DNA from: Priapulus caudatus
Lineage: Eukaryota
Length of the DNA: 43,634 nucleotides
Assembly (NCBI RefSeq): GCF_000485595.1
Contig: NW_014577070.1
Coordinates: forward strand, 600,630 to 644,263
Direction of reading: 5' to 3'
The notes under the pieces were generated by a model. That model made no database searches and was not told the DNA's origin. It was given only the letters and a program-made list of their open reading frames with translations. A program made the translations under genes and the position numbers. Of this stretch, positions 11,192 to 26,400 are shown piece after piece. Within the stretch, counting starts at the first letter, position 1; every line of letters begins with the position of its first letter.

Positions 11192-14100
11192 GTAAAATAA
11201 ACTCGTTTTCTGCAAAAAGCATTAATCACGTCGTTGGACGCGGAGCTCACCCTATATATATACTTATCTATAAGCGCGTACACTGGTGTGTGAATTGGAG
11301 GAAATTTCTGTAGCCGGTGGTGAAGACCCAAACAGTCAATTATGTGTGATGATAGGTCCCTTTTCAAACGGGTCCTCTGCTGTGTTTTCTGTCGAAAGTG
11401 TTTATTCTTGATGCAAATCTGTACGCGTGTGGCAATTCACGTAGAGTAGCGCAGCACATACAGTCGTGTAAGCGCTGTCATAAAAGCAACATTGAACGAG
11501 AGATTTATTGGCAAAAATTCGAATAAGGATTGAAACTGATTCAATATCAATACTGAGCAAAAATTAAACAAAGCCGGTTACAACTTCGCTGTAAAGTCGA
11601 CACGTTCTAACTCCAAATTCAAACACAGGTATACGTACTATTTTGCTCTGGGACTTGGAGGAAATAGATACGAATGTTGTAACAATGATTATTATTGATG
11701 CCAGCGTTGCGAAAAATCGCATCCTGTAGGCAATTAAGCGTTTATGCGTTCTGGTTTGAAATTGGGAGCAATTTGCATGGTGTGAGGCGTGGCGATGTCC
11801 CAGCTTGGCGCTATATAGGACTCGGCTAAACACTGCAGAGCACAGCGGTTAACCAATGTCACCGGTGGCCCAGGGCTGAGGTGGATCCTGTTCTACTAGT
11901 CGCACATCGCTGCGGACGCCTCGGCAAATTCGTTAGAGCTGTAATTTAGTCCTGCGTACGATATGCCAACTAGAATATATGCGTCTATCAGACATTTACT
12001 AGACAGTTGACCAGCTAATAATAATGTTTGCAACTTTGCATGATTGATGGCCCATTTTTGGGAGCATGTATGAATTTCTCGAAAACACGTTTATCTAGAT
12101 ATCTATCTTATTCCTTTTCACATTTGTAAATGCTTTCCATATCTCAAGATCAGTGTTATACGTTACTGTGGTTCTATCAATGTGAGATGGCATGTAAGGC
12201 GCTATTAATAAATAACTCTCTGCCGTTGCATGATTGAATTTGACCATGCGACAGCACTGTCAGTAAATATTCAGCAACACATCCGTTACAAATGTCTGTA
12301 TGACTTAAACATTATTCAACTGCATGAATTATTTATAACATACACTTCAAACTCCGTTAACGGAAGCGGTCTGTGGCCCAGTAAATGGAGCTATAGATGT
12401 CTAATGTAGATAACAGCTATGAGTTACAACGAATCTACATACAACTTACAAGTATATTAAAGAATAGTAAAATTTAAATAATATCATAGATTTATTTAAG
12501 GAAATCGATGTAAGAGTGCATAAGTAATGAATTATTGTCATATATTATGTGTGATACTTATATATATTATATATGTAATTATGCACATATTTCCACAGTA
12601 CTTAACACTATAATGTATGCACTAATAGTCTAATACAAAGTAAATATTCTAAAATAACGGTTTTTGTTTAGAATAATAGATTAATTACTAGAACAATAAG
12701 GATATATGGGATAGTGTTTGACCTATTCAGTATTCACAAATCTTATGGATGTGGTTAAAAAAATAGTTGCAATGAAATTGCATTTTAAGAGCCTAGAAGT
12801 AGCATCAGGTGTTGATGCTTACGAAAACACATTATTTATGTGTAAATTAGAAAGGAGGTTATGCTGTGGAATTATAATGATTTATAGGAATTTAGGAAAC
12901 GTCATGATCTTGTGCACTATGAATTCCGTTAATTCAAACTATTGTTATATATATAATGACATTATTTTTCGCTTCTACAGACTGTAGTTAATGTTTTTGC
13001 ATTTGATAAGAATGTATGAATGTATAATATTCGTGTGTGAATATAATTTGCGAAATTAAGGTGGCAGAGACAGGTATGGAGGGCCAGTGCTGACGTTTCC
13101 TGCACAACCTGATGGACTGGACTTGAGCATCTTGGATCATGAAATTGCAACGGCTGTTACATATCTTTCCACGATTCCCTGGTCAGTACATGAAATTTCT
13201 CATTGCTAACTCGAAACAGTCCTTCCAGTTTCGTTGTTTAAAATGAGGTTGGATCTTCGTTGATATTTTGAGAGAATAGTAGGGAAGAGGATCAATGGTG
13301 GTAATAATGCCATGACTTATTATGGTAGTTATTTCCATGTGATGCAACACATTTATATCTTCTTGCTTTTTATTATAGGAAAGAATCGAAAGAGTCAGGG
13401 TTCACAGCCATAATTGACATGCGAAATTCATCATTTCGTGCGATCAAGCCTCTATTAGAAGTATTAGAGGTAGGAAGAATGATATTACTAAATATTTGAC
13501 AAAGTATGCAACATAGTTATTTTATTTTATTCACACTGTGGTGTTTTTAAAATAGCGATAGAAAACAATTTATAGTGAGATGCCATACATATTGTTGTTA
13601 TTGAGAGTATTTAGTGACATGTGTATAGTTGTTTGTCTGGTACCTAATGTTGTTAGTGTTGTACACCATAACAGATTATATTATAGTTACTCAACATTAT
13701 GATTTTCTGGCTTCACTAATTTACTTGACCTTGACTGATCCTTTTTAAAATATTTTATTTTGCTTATTATTTCGAAATAATACTACTTTGTATAATTGAC
13801 CTGTTTAGCTGGAGTGATTGACAGGTGGTTCTTATCATTCTACGTTATGATAGGGGTATTCTAAAAACAATGCGTAGTAATAAAGTGCCATAAAGGAATG
13901 CACACGCAAACGAAGTGCACGCATGAAAAACTAAGTAACATAGTATGAACTTGAGCTTGACTGGCCTAGTAGTTCTAGGGCGTGTTATTTCACATAAACA
14001 AATAGGTCAGGTACTATTTTCTGTCTCTCGTGGAGTCGTGGGCTAACTACCTTTCTAACAACAGGAGTGTCTCCCTCATCGATTGCACAACGTGCTGATT

Positions 14101-17100
14101 GTGAAGCCAGAGCAATTCTGGGAAAAGCGCAGACTCAGCTTCCGCAGAGAGAGACTGCATCTAAGCTTTGAGGTGCGTATGCATTGCAAGCTAACGGCTT
14201 CTTCTTCTTAGACCCTCCAGTCTCCCGGGAGACACAGGTCATTCGTGAACTTCCTCCATGTTGCTCGGTTGATTGCCTTCCACTCAATTTCCCTACAGGT
14301 GTAGCCCTTCTTTCTAAGTTCAGCCTCTGAGTCTTGCTTCCAGGTTGCTTTGGGTCTTCCCACCCGATGTCAAGCTAACGGCAAAGGTTCTGAAATGTTT
14401 TCTTTTCATGGGGGAGGTGTGTGTAATGGATGCGCTGGGTGTTGTTATGTGATGTGTGAAAAGTAATTGTGTACATAATAACGAAACTCATAACTGTTAA
14501 GTTTTGATTGAATCAAGATTGAATCGTGTTGCATAATGATGTCTAGAATTAGGATAGATCGAGTGGTTACAATCTAAATGTAGAGGTAAGATTTCTACTG
14601 TTCTAAGTACTATAACAGATTACAAACCATTCCACAATTTAACTATTTTATTAAATCATTCCACAATTGTACCTGTTTGCTAAAATCACAATTGCCTGTT
14701 ATATCATTGTATCCCCTGCGACGAAGTCGGCGGGGATACTATGGTTTCATGTCTGTCCAACCGCCGCCTCCGCCGCCGCCGCAGACACTTCTTTCCGCTC
14801 TATAACTCGACCCCGAATTGACCTAGCATGACCAAACATAGTCTACTTACACATCTTGTGGAGAAGGTGTGCAGCGTACCAAAACCAGGTCACTATGACC
14901 TTTATTTGACCTTTACCTTGACCTTGATCATATTTCCTTTCCGCTCTATAGCTCGGCCCCTAATTTACCTAGCGCTACCAAACTTGGTATACTTACACAT
15001 CTTGGGGAGAAGGTATGTCACGTACCAAAACCAGGTCACTGCGACCTTTATTTGACCTTGACATTGACCTTGATCATATTTCCCTTCCGCTCTATAACTC
15101 GGCCCCTAATTGACCTAGTGCTACCAAACTTGGTATACTTACACATCTTGGGGAGAAGGTGCGCAGCGTACCAAAACCAGGTCACTACGACTTTTGTTTG
15201 ACCTTTACCTTGACCTTGATCATATTTCCCTTCCGCTCTATAACTTGGCCTCTAATTGACCTAACGCTACCAACCTTGGTATACTTACACATCTTGGGGT
15301 GAAGGTGTGTCGCGTACCAAAACCAGGTCACTGCGACCTTTATTTAACCTTGACATTGACCTTGATCATATTTCTCTTCTGCTCTATAACTCGGCCTCTA
15401 ATTTACCTAGCGCTACCAAACTTGGTATACTTACACATCTTGGGGAGAATGTGTGTCGCGTACCAAAACCAGGTCACTGCGACCTTTATTTGACCTTGAC
15501 ATTGACCTTGATCATATTTCCCTTCTGCTCTATAACTCGACCTCTAATTTACATAGCGCTACCAAACTTGGTATACTTACACATCTTGGGGAGAATGTGT
15601 GTTGCGTCCCAAAACCACGTCACTGCAGCTTTTATTTGACCTTGACCTTGACCTTGATCATATTTCCATTCCGCTCTATAACTCGGCCCCTAATTGACCT
15701 AGCGCGACCAAACTTCGTATACTTACACATCTTGGGGAGAAGGTGTGTTGCGTACCAAAACCCCTAAGGNNNNNNNNNNACACATCTTGGGGAGGTGCGC
15801 ATCGTACCAAAACCAGGTCACTGCGACCTTTATTTGACCTTTACCTTGACCTTGATCATATTTTCCTTTCGCTCTATATAACTTGGCCCCTATAATTGAC
15901 CTAGCGCGACCAAACTTCGTATACTTACACATCTTGGGGAGGTGCGCATCGTACCAAAACCAGGTCACTGCGACCTTTATTTGACCTTTACCTTGACCTT
16001 GATCATATTTTCCTTTCGCTCTATATAACTTGGCCCCTATAATTGACCTAGCGCGACCAAACTTCGTATACTTACACATCTTGGGGAGGTGCGCATCGTA
16101 CCAAAACCAGGTCACTGCGACCTTTATTTGACCTTTACCTTGACCTTGATCATATTTTCCTTTCGCTCTATATAACTTGGCCCCTATAATTGACCTAGCG
16201 CGACCAAACTTCGTATACTTACACATCTTGGGGAGGTGCGCATCGCGTACCAAAACCAGGTCACTGCGACCTTTATTTGACCTTTACCTTGACCTTGATC
16301 ATATTTTCCTTTCGCTCTATATAACTTGGCCCCTATAATTGACCTAGCGCGACCAAACTTCGTATACTTACACATCTTGGGGAGAAGGTGTGTCGCGTAC
16401 CAAAACCAGGTCACTGCGACCTTTATTTGAGATTGACATTGACCTTGATCATATTTCCTTTCCGCTCTATAACTCGGCCTCTAATTTACCTAGCGCTACC
16501 AAACTTGGTATACTTACACATCTTGGGGAGAATGTGTGTCGCGTCCCAAAACCACGTCACTGCGGCTTTTATTTGACCTTGACCTTGATCTTGACCTTGA
16601 TCTTGATCATATTTGCCTTCTTCTCTATAACTCGGCCCCTAATTGACCTAGCGCGACCAAACTTCGTATACTTACACATCTTGGGGAGAAGGTGTGTCGC
16701 GTACCAAAACCCCTAAGGCAACCAATTTTAACATACTTGCACATCTCAGGCAGATGAGTTGTGTAACAAACCTTTGTCTTTGTGACTTATTTAACTTTAC
16801 CTACCAAGCTACGTCTTTACAGAGATATTTCATTCATACTAGATCACGGGGGATACATGTAGTTGGCGACAACTGCCCTTTCTAGTTGTTATATACTTTT
16901 TGTGTGTGTGTTTACAGCCACAATTTATATCAGTCAGCAAGCTAACCAAGTACGTTGACCCTGGACAGCTTACCAAGGAATTTGGTGGTTATCTCCCATA
17001 TCGACATGGATATTGGCTTTCTAACAGAGTGGTATGTAAGAATTATATTATTTTGGATAAAAACTTGTTGCTATAGAAACTCCTGGTGTTAGGGCTGAAA

Positions 17101-17390
17101 CGCACTTATTCAGTACCTGATTTATGATTTTTTGCAGACACCTTTATGTTGTTTACCTCAGTCACAAGGTATATGAAGGTCCATATGTACATGGCCATAT
17201 ATTAGGATCTAGATAGAGAGATAACTGTCCTCTTGTTATGAACGTTTTTTATGATTAATTATTTTATGTTGTGTCAAATGATATGCGTGTAGGTTCGTTT
17301 CGTCAGACAGTTATTTGTGTATCACTATCTACATCTTGTCTCTGACTAGTTGGTTGTTTGGTCAGTTGGCAGAACGGTAGTGCCACACAC

Positions 17391-17427
<37 letters not shown>

Positions 17428-20400
17428 TGTTGCATCTAGTCACACCTTTCTTCGCATCGCAAACAATGTATATGTGGGCCATTCTTGTCATCAGTCACCT
17501 GAAGATATAAAGTATATTCAACTACGACAACGACTCATGGATTGAAATTCCAGTCTGGATAAATGATGACGACGACCCCCCTTTCCATTTTCCCCTGTAG
17601 ACATTCCAGCGTCACCTGACGTGTGTCGACGACCCTGTGTTTGTCCCTAATTTTTTTCCGATCGTTTTCCAGGAGTACGAGCGATTCATGCGGGAGGCAA
17701 AGGACGTTCACAGGAGACTGGACCGCGCCGACTTCGAGATTTGCGAGCAGCTTGTGACGAAGAAGACGGCTCATGAGGACCTGCTGCACTTCCACAAGGA
17801 CCTACACAGCTTCATCGTCAACGCACCCGAGGGCATCATACATGCAGGTGGGCACCCCCCCTCTCGCGCCTGTGGGGGCGCTGCATACTAGCGATGTCCA
17901 ATTGATGGGTTGTAATCGATTGATTGATTGATTGATTGATTGAGAGGGGGGTTGAAATTATGAAAATAGTTGAAATTAGCTTGGTTACGAAATTCCAGCC
18001 TGTTCCTTTGTCAGTGGAGATTACAATAGTTTATAATGCTGTTAATACTCGAGCCGTAGCTCGATCAGTCAATTAAAACCAATCATGCGCTGAAAGGTTT
18101 CGTACATACACACATGAACACAATCACAGCTAGGATCGCGCATGTGTTTACAAACGCACGTAAACACAAATGCACCTACACATACATATATACACACATA
18201 CGCGCACGTACGTACATATACATACACACACGCATGCACGCATGCACATCTATTACATATGTACATACTCTACACAAATGCATACATAAACGTATGTTCA
18301 TCTTACACGTGCGTTTGCACACCTCACGTGGACGGCTCTTATATATATATATATATATAGCTTGCAATGTTTGTGATGTTCGTGGTTCATTCGACCATTT
18401 AGCGTTGTCCTTTTGTCATGCTTATCACTTATTTGCGGTTTGGAACATTATGTGTTTTTTTGTAGGGCGGCGCCTAGCCGCCAGTACATGCTGCTGTCAC
18501 AGTGATACGCACTATGTGGTGGGGTTTCTAGCTGAGCAAGCACACAACCTGTTTTAGCGTAGTGATATATCTTACTGTCGTGACCATATTTATGAATGGA
18601 TAAAATTGGGTAGTATGTGCGCTTTGTCGTAAACTAGTTATCAGAAAAAAACCGTCTGGTTGATAGTCAATTCACAATGGGTAAGTTATGTGTTAGAGTT
18701 TGTCATATGATACAGTGTGACAGGCATGGCAAAGGTTTATTACGGACAGGTCAATTGCCACTTATATAAATATAATGCAGCGTGACTGGATGAAGATGCG
18801 AATGTTTAATGCGACTGTATAATGTTGAACGTAGTTATCCAAATTTAGTTATTACTACAAGACATCGAGAGTCAGGATTACAATTGAAATTGCTGTCAGT
18901 TGAGTCTTGATTTGCTCATTTTTAGCTCATCTGACATAGTCAGATGCAGCTTGTAGAATCGCATGAGCGTGCGTGCGTCCGGCCGTGAGTCCGTCCGTGC
19001 GTCCGTCAACAGTTGGGCACAAATCTAAACGGCTCGACGTACGGTCACGATATTCGGGACGTGGGGTGGTAATCCGAAAACGAGTTGGGATGTCGAAGCT
19101 GGTGGTCAAAGGTCAAAGGTCAAGAGGTGTAAAAGAAGGGGGAACATTCCCTCCTTAACTTAAGGTATAGGGAGGAAATGCAGAATTGCGGCACAAATCT
19201 GAAACGGCTTGTACCTCAGGCTCGTGATAGTCGGTGTATATCATCGATTGGTAGGAAAAGCCATCCACTGGTGACCCGAAATTGGTAGGTTGTAACAGGT
19301 CAAAGGATCACTGGGCACAAGGGCAGAATATTTTTAGAATTTATCTGAGACATGGGTCGTGACGGAGGCCGATTGAAAAACTTTTTGTTTCAGTGGTGGA
19401 CCTACTAAATTTTATGGAACTTTATTGAAAGGACAGTGAAATGTACTTCCCCGCTGAACATCGAAGAGTAAGTGCTCGGGACCGTTCAGAAGGAGGGTAA
19501 ACGAGATCTGGAACTTTAGTTGACTGTTGGAATCAAAGGACTGATACTGCTTTTGCGTATTATTAGATCCGGCCCATACCTGTGGTGAATGTGAGTGGCT
19601 ACCGTTGCATAGTTGAATATTCAAAGGCAAATGTTGTATGAACCAATGTCTACTCTTCACTTAATTCAATAATTACTTCTCAATGACAGTCAGAACTATA
19701 GCACTCTGAAGGCCTGAATCAGATGAATGCTCGCGTGGTGTAGGCACCAACGGGGCAGCCCATGCTGGCACTTCTTCTAATCATAATTGTTCCCTGGCAA
19801 TTGGTAATGCACAATTGTTAAAAGGCATAATTCGACCGATCGATTATGCCAATTCTTAACGAAAATGCTACAGATAACTGGCACCCTATTGTGCTAGTAA
19901 TAAAGTACGCAGGTATAACTCAGTAGCCAAACGCGTATTAGTTGTGTCCAATATTCCACTGCTGGTTACTAAGAAAATGATCTACATTGAAATCACGCCA
20001 GTCCAGAAATCAGTTAGTTGACAGCATACAAACCTGCCATGCCGGCTGTAACCGACCAGGAACTGGCGAAGGCGCGTGAATCATACAGATTTACGTGCAC
20101 CGAGACCATTTTGCGCAAGGACGTATCTCCGGCGTCAGTGATTTTTTATCCCGATACCTTGTAGAGTCCTGAGTGCGCATATCCGTACTTATGTTTTAAT
20201 ACTCATTGGGATTCGGAATAAATGAATATAACGTTCTTGAGATATACAATGCAACATATAAGTTAGATGCAACAGGCATAATAAATAACACTAGAGCAAA
20301 CAATTTACCCCGAACAAAAACAATTCGATGCTCAACATCGTTAACGCAACCATGTGACCGCACGAACCGAACGTCGAGTTTTATTTTGTTGGTCCATAAA

Positions 20401-23400
20401 TTTCGGCCGTTGTCTGCCAGATTACCAATTACAGATTTCAAATTAGAACATTCTTAGTAAATTAGCAAGTGATAATTGGACAAACTAGTACGCGTTTGGC
20501 TATAGTAAATGTACTTTTAACTAACACAAGGTGCCAGTTAACTGTAGCATGTCGTCAACTCTTGGGCATAATCGATGTCGAATCTAATGCCTTTACGATC
20601 CCAGCTGAGCGAAATTATTCGCCTGTCCTGAATATACTTGGATTCATAGCGCTGTAGGATTCACAACTCCCAGGGAGCTAAGTTAGGGTATCTCAAAAGG
20701 CGACTGCCATCCTTGATTATGATTTACATGTGGCACGCCGCCGATCGTCGCGTTATACTATAGGCCTAAGTTTGAAAATTAAGATTTGTAATTCTCATGT
20801 AATCTGTTGTGCTAAACGAAATAAATAATAAACTAGTACCAATATTAATACTTAATATTTACCTTCTTGTCATCTTGAATCTTAACATAGTATCATGTAG
20901 CTATGGCGTGCATATCCCATTGTCACCAGTGTATATGCGAACATAGCTGTTACCCATAGAAATATTAGAGACCGACTATATATTATTATTCTTGATGGCT
21001 GTTACACTCAGGGGCATAAGGAACGCAACGTATATATTCGAGGCGCGGCAGGTAAAAAGATCATCCGCTGCTGGGTTAAATTTTTTTTATATAATTAAGA
21101 GAAGAGAGAGAGAAAGTCTAAGATAAAAGAGGAGAGAGAGAGAGTAGTCAATTGAGGACGGGACAGGAAAACGGTGATACGTGTGTATGCGAGCAGGAAA
21201 CGGGTAAACGATTAAGTCGTGCGAGATGGTGTGCAAGGGGATGGGAGGTGGGAGGCAGGGGGAGGGAGGTCGAAGGCAGGGGAAGGGAGATGGGAGGTAA
21301 GGGGGTGGAAGTGGGAGGCAAGGGGAGTGAAGTGGGAGGCAGGGGGAGGAAGGTGAGAGGCAGGAGGGAGGGAGGTGGGACGCAGTGGGGAGGGAAGTGG
21401 GAGAGAAGGACCCCTCCCCCGCCCCCTCTAATTGAACTAGGAGATCCATGCTCATATGTTGAAATCTTTTATGTCAACGTCAATGTCATTCATTAACTTG
21501 TATTTGAATTGTTATTATTGTTCTTGTTACTTGAATTAGCTCATAGAGATTAGGTGGGTGCGAAAGTGTAGCTGATATATTTGTTCGAATTGTCTACGAA
21601 AGTCAAACAAGAATAAAGAAGACTTATGTATAAGACGTCTTGCTATGCACAAATGAAATGAATTTATCAGCAGAACACCAGACACCAGATGAGCCCTGTC
21701 ACTCTGCAGCACTTGTTAATCCTAAGATTGTAGCAAAGACAAGTGCTGCAGTATTGTCGTAAAATGTCTTGAATTTGCAAACTAGTCCAAAGCATTGCCA
21801 TACGTTAGATATATTTTTACATTTTATTCATTGTTCGTTCACCCCTATTACCCCGTATGAGTGAATAAGGTTTGAATGTCCACTCTACATTGATTGTATT
21901 GTCATCCTACACCAATAAAAAAAATCAATCAATCAATCAACCAATCAATCAACCAACCAATCAATCAATCAACAGATTAATCAATTAATTAATTAGTCAA
22001 TCAATCGGCCAGTCAGTCAGTCCCTCAGTCACCCAGTCAGCCAGCCAACCAGCCAGCAAATCAACCAACCAATCAACCAATCAGCGATCTAAACAACCAA
22101 CTAAATCAATCAAATAATTTGCTCATTTTTTTAAATAAGAACAAGTTTAATCTCTTCACACCAATTATCAACCATCACCATCCGACGCAAGCGAGCTACA
22201 ACTCCCCAACGTTAAGTAAACCCGCCGAGATGCCGACGCTCGTCCTTTGCAGGGAAGCTGCTGCTCGAGAAGCTGCAATTCGACTCGGAGTCGGGATTCC
22301 GCAACACGGACGTGACGGACACGCTGGACAGCCGGGCGATGCGCGTCGACGTGCGCCGCCTCATCGAGCGGCTCTTCAACAAGAAGCGCAAGCTGCAGGA
22401 GTACTGGGAGGACCGCGCCGAGCAGCTGCAGTACAACCTAGACGTGCGGCTGCTGCAGCAGGGCATGCAGAAGGTAACCTCACCATCCAGCACCCGTACA
22501 ATACTCCTGGGTGTGTGTGTGTGTGTGGGGTGGGGGGTGGGGGTGTAGAGGTGCAGTACAATCTAGACGTGCGGCTGCTGCAGCAGGACATGCAGAAGGT
22601 AAGCACAGCTCCTGGGGGTGTGGTTGGTTGGGGGTACTCGCCTCAGAACTGGGTAGGGTAGGTGCCTCCGGGACCTTGAAAACCTGACCCTGTTGCAAAC
22701 CGCTTTGCGCCCTAAAATACACCCTGTCCCAATATACTGCACTAAAAAGTATACCCTGTTGCAATGTTGCATATTTCGGTTATGTCCTGTTCTGTCAATA
22801 TAGGCAGTTATGGGTCTAATATCGGCCTGGTGATATTGGCCCAATATTGTTTTGCTAATGTTGGGCCGATATTGGACAATTATCTGCCTATATTGGTCCA
22901 ATATTGGCCCAATATTGTATTTGCCAATATTGGTCCAATATCAGCTTGATGGGTGTGTATCTAGATAACCCTGTGCAATAATGATGTTCGGAAATATACC
23001 CTGTGCCAATAATGATGTTCGGAAAATATACCCTGTGCCAATAATGATGTTCGGAAAATATACCCTGGCCAGCGGCACGTCCCCAGTACCTTTAACAATT
23101 GGGGTGCGCCCTCCGGGTGTGGATGGATGTGGGGTGGGGGTGGTGTGTGTGTGGGTGTTCGTGTGGGTGTGGGTTGGGGTCGTGGGGTGTGTGTGGGCGT
23201 GGGGCAGGGGTGTGGGTGTGGGGGGGTGGTGGGGTGGAGAGGAGCAGCTGCAGTAGAGTATGGATGCGCAGCTGCTGCAGCAGGACATGCAGAAGGTAAC
23301 CACACCACCCACCATACCATGGGCACGCTCCCGCGGGTATAGCTGGGTGTGGGTGTGGGTGTGGTTGGGTGGGATGGAGCAGCTGCAGTACAACCTGAAG

Positions 23401-26400
23401 AGGTAGGGGGCTAGTAGAAGGCGGAAGGAGGGTTAATGAGCAGGTGGAAGTAGTAATGGAGGGAGTGGGTTAGACGCCATCAGACGGATTAGGGGTGGAT
23501 GTACATTGTGTGATTTATGCTTGTGGTTTTGTTTTGGCTACAACGCATGGGCCGGAAATGTCAAATGATTGATGCTTGTTGTGTATTTTGGCTGTCGGAA
23601 CGTAAGGCATGATTTATGCCTGTTGTTATTGGTGAGGAATAATGTAGAGTGGAATCACGACACAGTTTGGATTTTTGGCTGTAGAATGTTAGCAGTATAC
23701 GCCGTGTTACAATACTAGGCTAGCCCTGTTTGGAGCACATTTCAGGCTCAATAAGAACATTTCGTGATGTGTGCATACTGCAAGTGTGCTCGCAGTAGGT
23801 TTATGTAGGCTTTTTGTTGCGAGGTTTATCCACTTTAACGCAGCAATTTTGCCCGACGTGTAGGTTATAGACTGGATTGTCGGACCAGGTGAAAAAATAC
23901 TGAAGCTTCCTATCGATATCGGTGATTGCTACGAGGTCGCCGAGGAACTGAGGAAGCAACACGAAGAGATGGAGATGGACTGCACCGTGAGTGTTAGCAG
24001 TCGATCACCTCTGTATAACGGACACCTGTCTATAGAGGTCGATTCACGTTTTGTTTGTGTGACAGTTATACGGTGATCCGCCGTTATGTAGAACAGACAT
24101 CTGCATATGAGTAAAAGTTTTTGCGTTTTCCATTAATTGCATTTATACAGTACACTCACTTCTTTAGAATTGGATCCTTCTTAGAACGGACACCTCTCTA
24201 TAATGGTCATTTATGGGGTTTCCTTTGAGTGACGTTTGCATACAGGTCGACCTGTTATTACTAGACTAAATATTACAATCCAGCATTGTTACAATCAAGT
24301 TCATGTGCTTGCTCACAATTTCCTGTCGTGTGCTGTTGCGTGCATGCATGCGGTATTGTCGCACGATTATGTAACGTACGGAACCATAAACAAAGTAGAG
24401 TTCACGCGAGGATATATTTGTTCTACTTTTCCATATGTAGCCTCAGTGATAATTTCCCGTTCTATGTAGGACGTGTACTCAAGCTATGCGGATCTGCGAC
24501 ATCGGGCCGGCATGTTGCTGCAGCAGGAGGAGGGCGGGCACGAGGACATACTAGCTCTGAAGCAGTACATGGATCTCGTGTGCAGGAGCTTTGCCTTCAG
24601 GCTGGAGAGGCGGAGAAACCTCGTTGTAGCGTCAGCCCGCTTTCACAAGCTCGTCAATGAGGTAATTTCATTGTGGAAAGGGACAGATCACGAGTTGCAT
24701 GTATTCTACAAGAAGTAGAATATTGCAGTGAGGAAAGGGACAGATCACGAGTTGCATATAGTAATGATAATAATAATAAAAAATAAAAATAAAAATAAAT
24801 AAAATAGTAATAATAGTAGACAAGAAGTAGAATAATGATTGTGTGGGATATATAACAAACCACATATTGAGCTACAAATGCAAAAATTTCATCCAACAAT
24901 GTTAAGATATCAAATAAATAATGGCCAGCATTTTGTTATGTAACTAATGTTACTAACATAATAATGTTGGGACACTGGTTAATAGAGTTAAGTGTATAGA
25001 GAGTAACAAAGCAATGTTGCAGCACAGGATGCAATGCTTCCTGTCACGTTACGTTGGCATGACACAGGTTCATGATGGCGTATCGTCGTATATGATTATA
25101 TGATTATATATATCGTGTTATAGCTGTCCAAGTGTTTAGACGACCTGCTGGAATTTCTGTGCACCGAGGCGTCCGTTGCAGATGTGCCCAGCTCAGAGGC
25201 AGCTGTGCTAGCACTCAACGAAAAACACGACATGGCACGTGAGTACCGATACTACCGACACTGACTGCGCTGACTCGACTAGACTTTTTTGTTACCAGCT
25301 TATGTCCCTATACTGGGTTCTCTAGTAGGGCGGTGTTGTCTAGAAACACAATTAATTGTAACAAATAAGGGTAGTTGAGAAAAAAACAAATACAAAGTGA
25401 TCAAGATGCGTGATATATATCTATTGCTGTATTCACCTTTCAACAGAAAGGACGGCTGAGAATTTAGTCATTGAAGGTCATTCGCTCCTGTCCATGATGT
25501 CAACCAATGTGTTTGATGCTTTTGGAAATGACGTCACTCCTGATTTCATTAAGCAGGTATATTTACAATGGCGTGCTCTACGCATGTGACGAATTGAACG
25601 AGAGACAAGATGAAAATGCGTTTCATGTATTTATACTTAAATAAAACATGCTATGTCTGTCTTAATTGAGAGTAACAGACAAGTAGTTATGAAGTGTTAA
25701 GTAAAAAGTCCTGACATCCTAGACTTACAATAATCATAACTATCTGTGATGTTTCTTGCTGTTATAGGCCCTTTCACTGTTATAGTTCAAAATGAACCAA
25801 TTTGTTTTTAAACATGGTTACTGCTTTTATACCCATATTGGTACGTGTATGTGTGGGGTACCTGTACGTGTCCCATGCATACAATTTGGTACACCTTTCA
25901 CTATTTACTCATAGATTGATCACGTGGAAGGTATTCTGAATGAGCTTAGTGACAGAAAGGCACGTTGTGACGAACTGGCGGATGTCCGCAAGCTCAAGTT
26001 ACAGCAGATCCTACAGTTGAGGACATCAGAAAGAGATGCCAACCAGGTGACATTGAGTGCTGCTTATGTGTGTTCTTCTTCCTTTTGTGTTCGTGTTTCG
26101 TTTTGTTTTTGTTTTCTGCTGTTCTTGTGGTTGGGGTTGTTGATGCTGTTGTGGTTGTTGCTGTTGCTGTTCATTCATTGTTATTGTTGTTGTTGTTTAT
26201 TAATTGTTGTTGTTGTTATGATTATTATTATTGTTGTTGTTATTGTTGTTAGTGGTGGCTTCTTCTCCACCTCCACCTCCTTCCTCACACTCCCCTCTTC
26301 CTCTATCTACATATCCCACTTCCTACCCCAGTATTTTTTTCTCCAAATCCATTTTCATTTTATGACATTGTGATAACGACTACCAATCTGAATCAATGAT

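Larger units (their letters stand above)
14707..16885 (+). mobile_element. Helentron/DINE-like non-autonomous element with an internal 146-bp tandem array
   Basis: 5' tgtatcccc (14708) with nearby inverted ggggatac (14732), (GCC)n tract, 3' ggggataca (16849) and hairpin agttg-gcga-caact (16861-16874); T-rich flanks. Confidence 0.8.

Noticed and set aside
14790..16720. Regularly spaced repeats and repeated ORFs suggestive of a CRISPR array or repeat protein
   Set aside because: Whole 146-bp units repeat with no unique spacers, there are no cas genes, and the context is a eukaryotic intron within a Helentron-like element.
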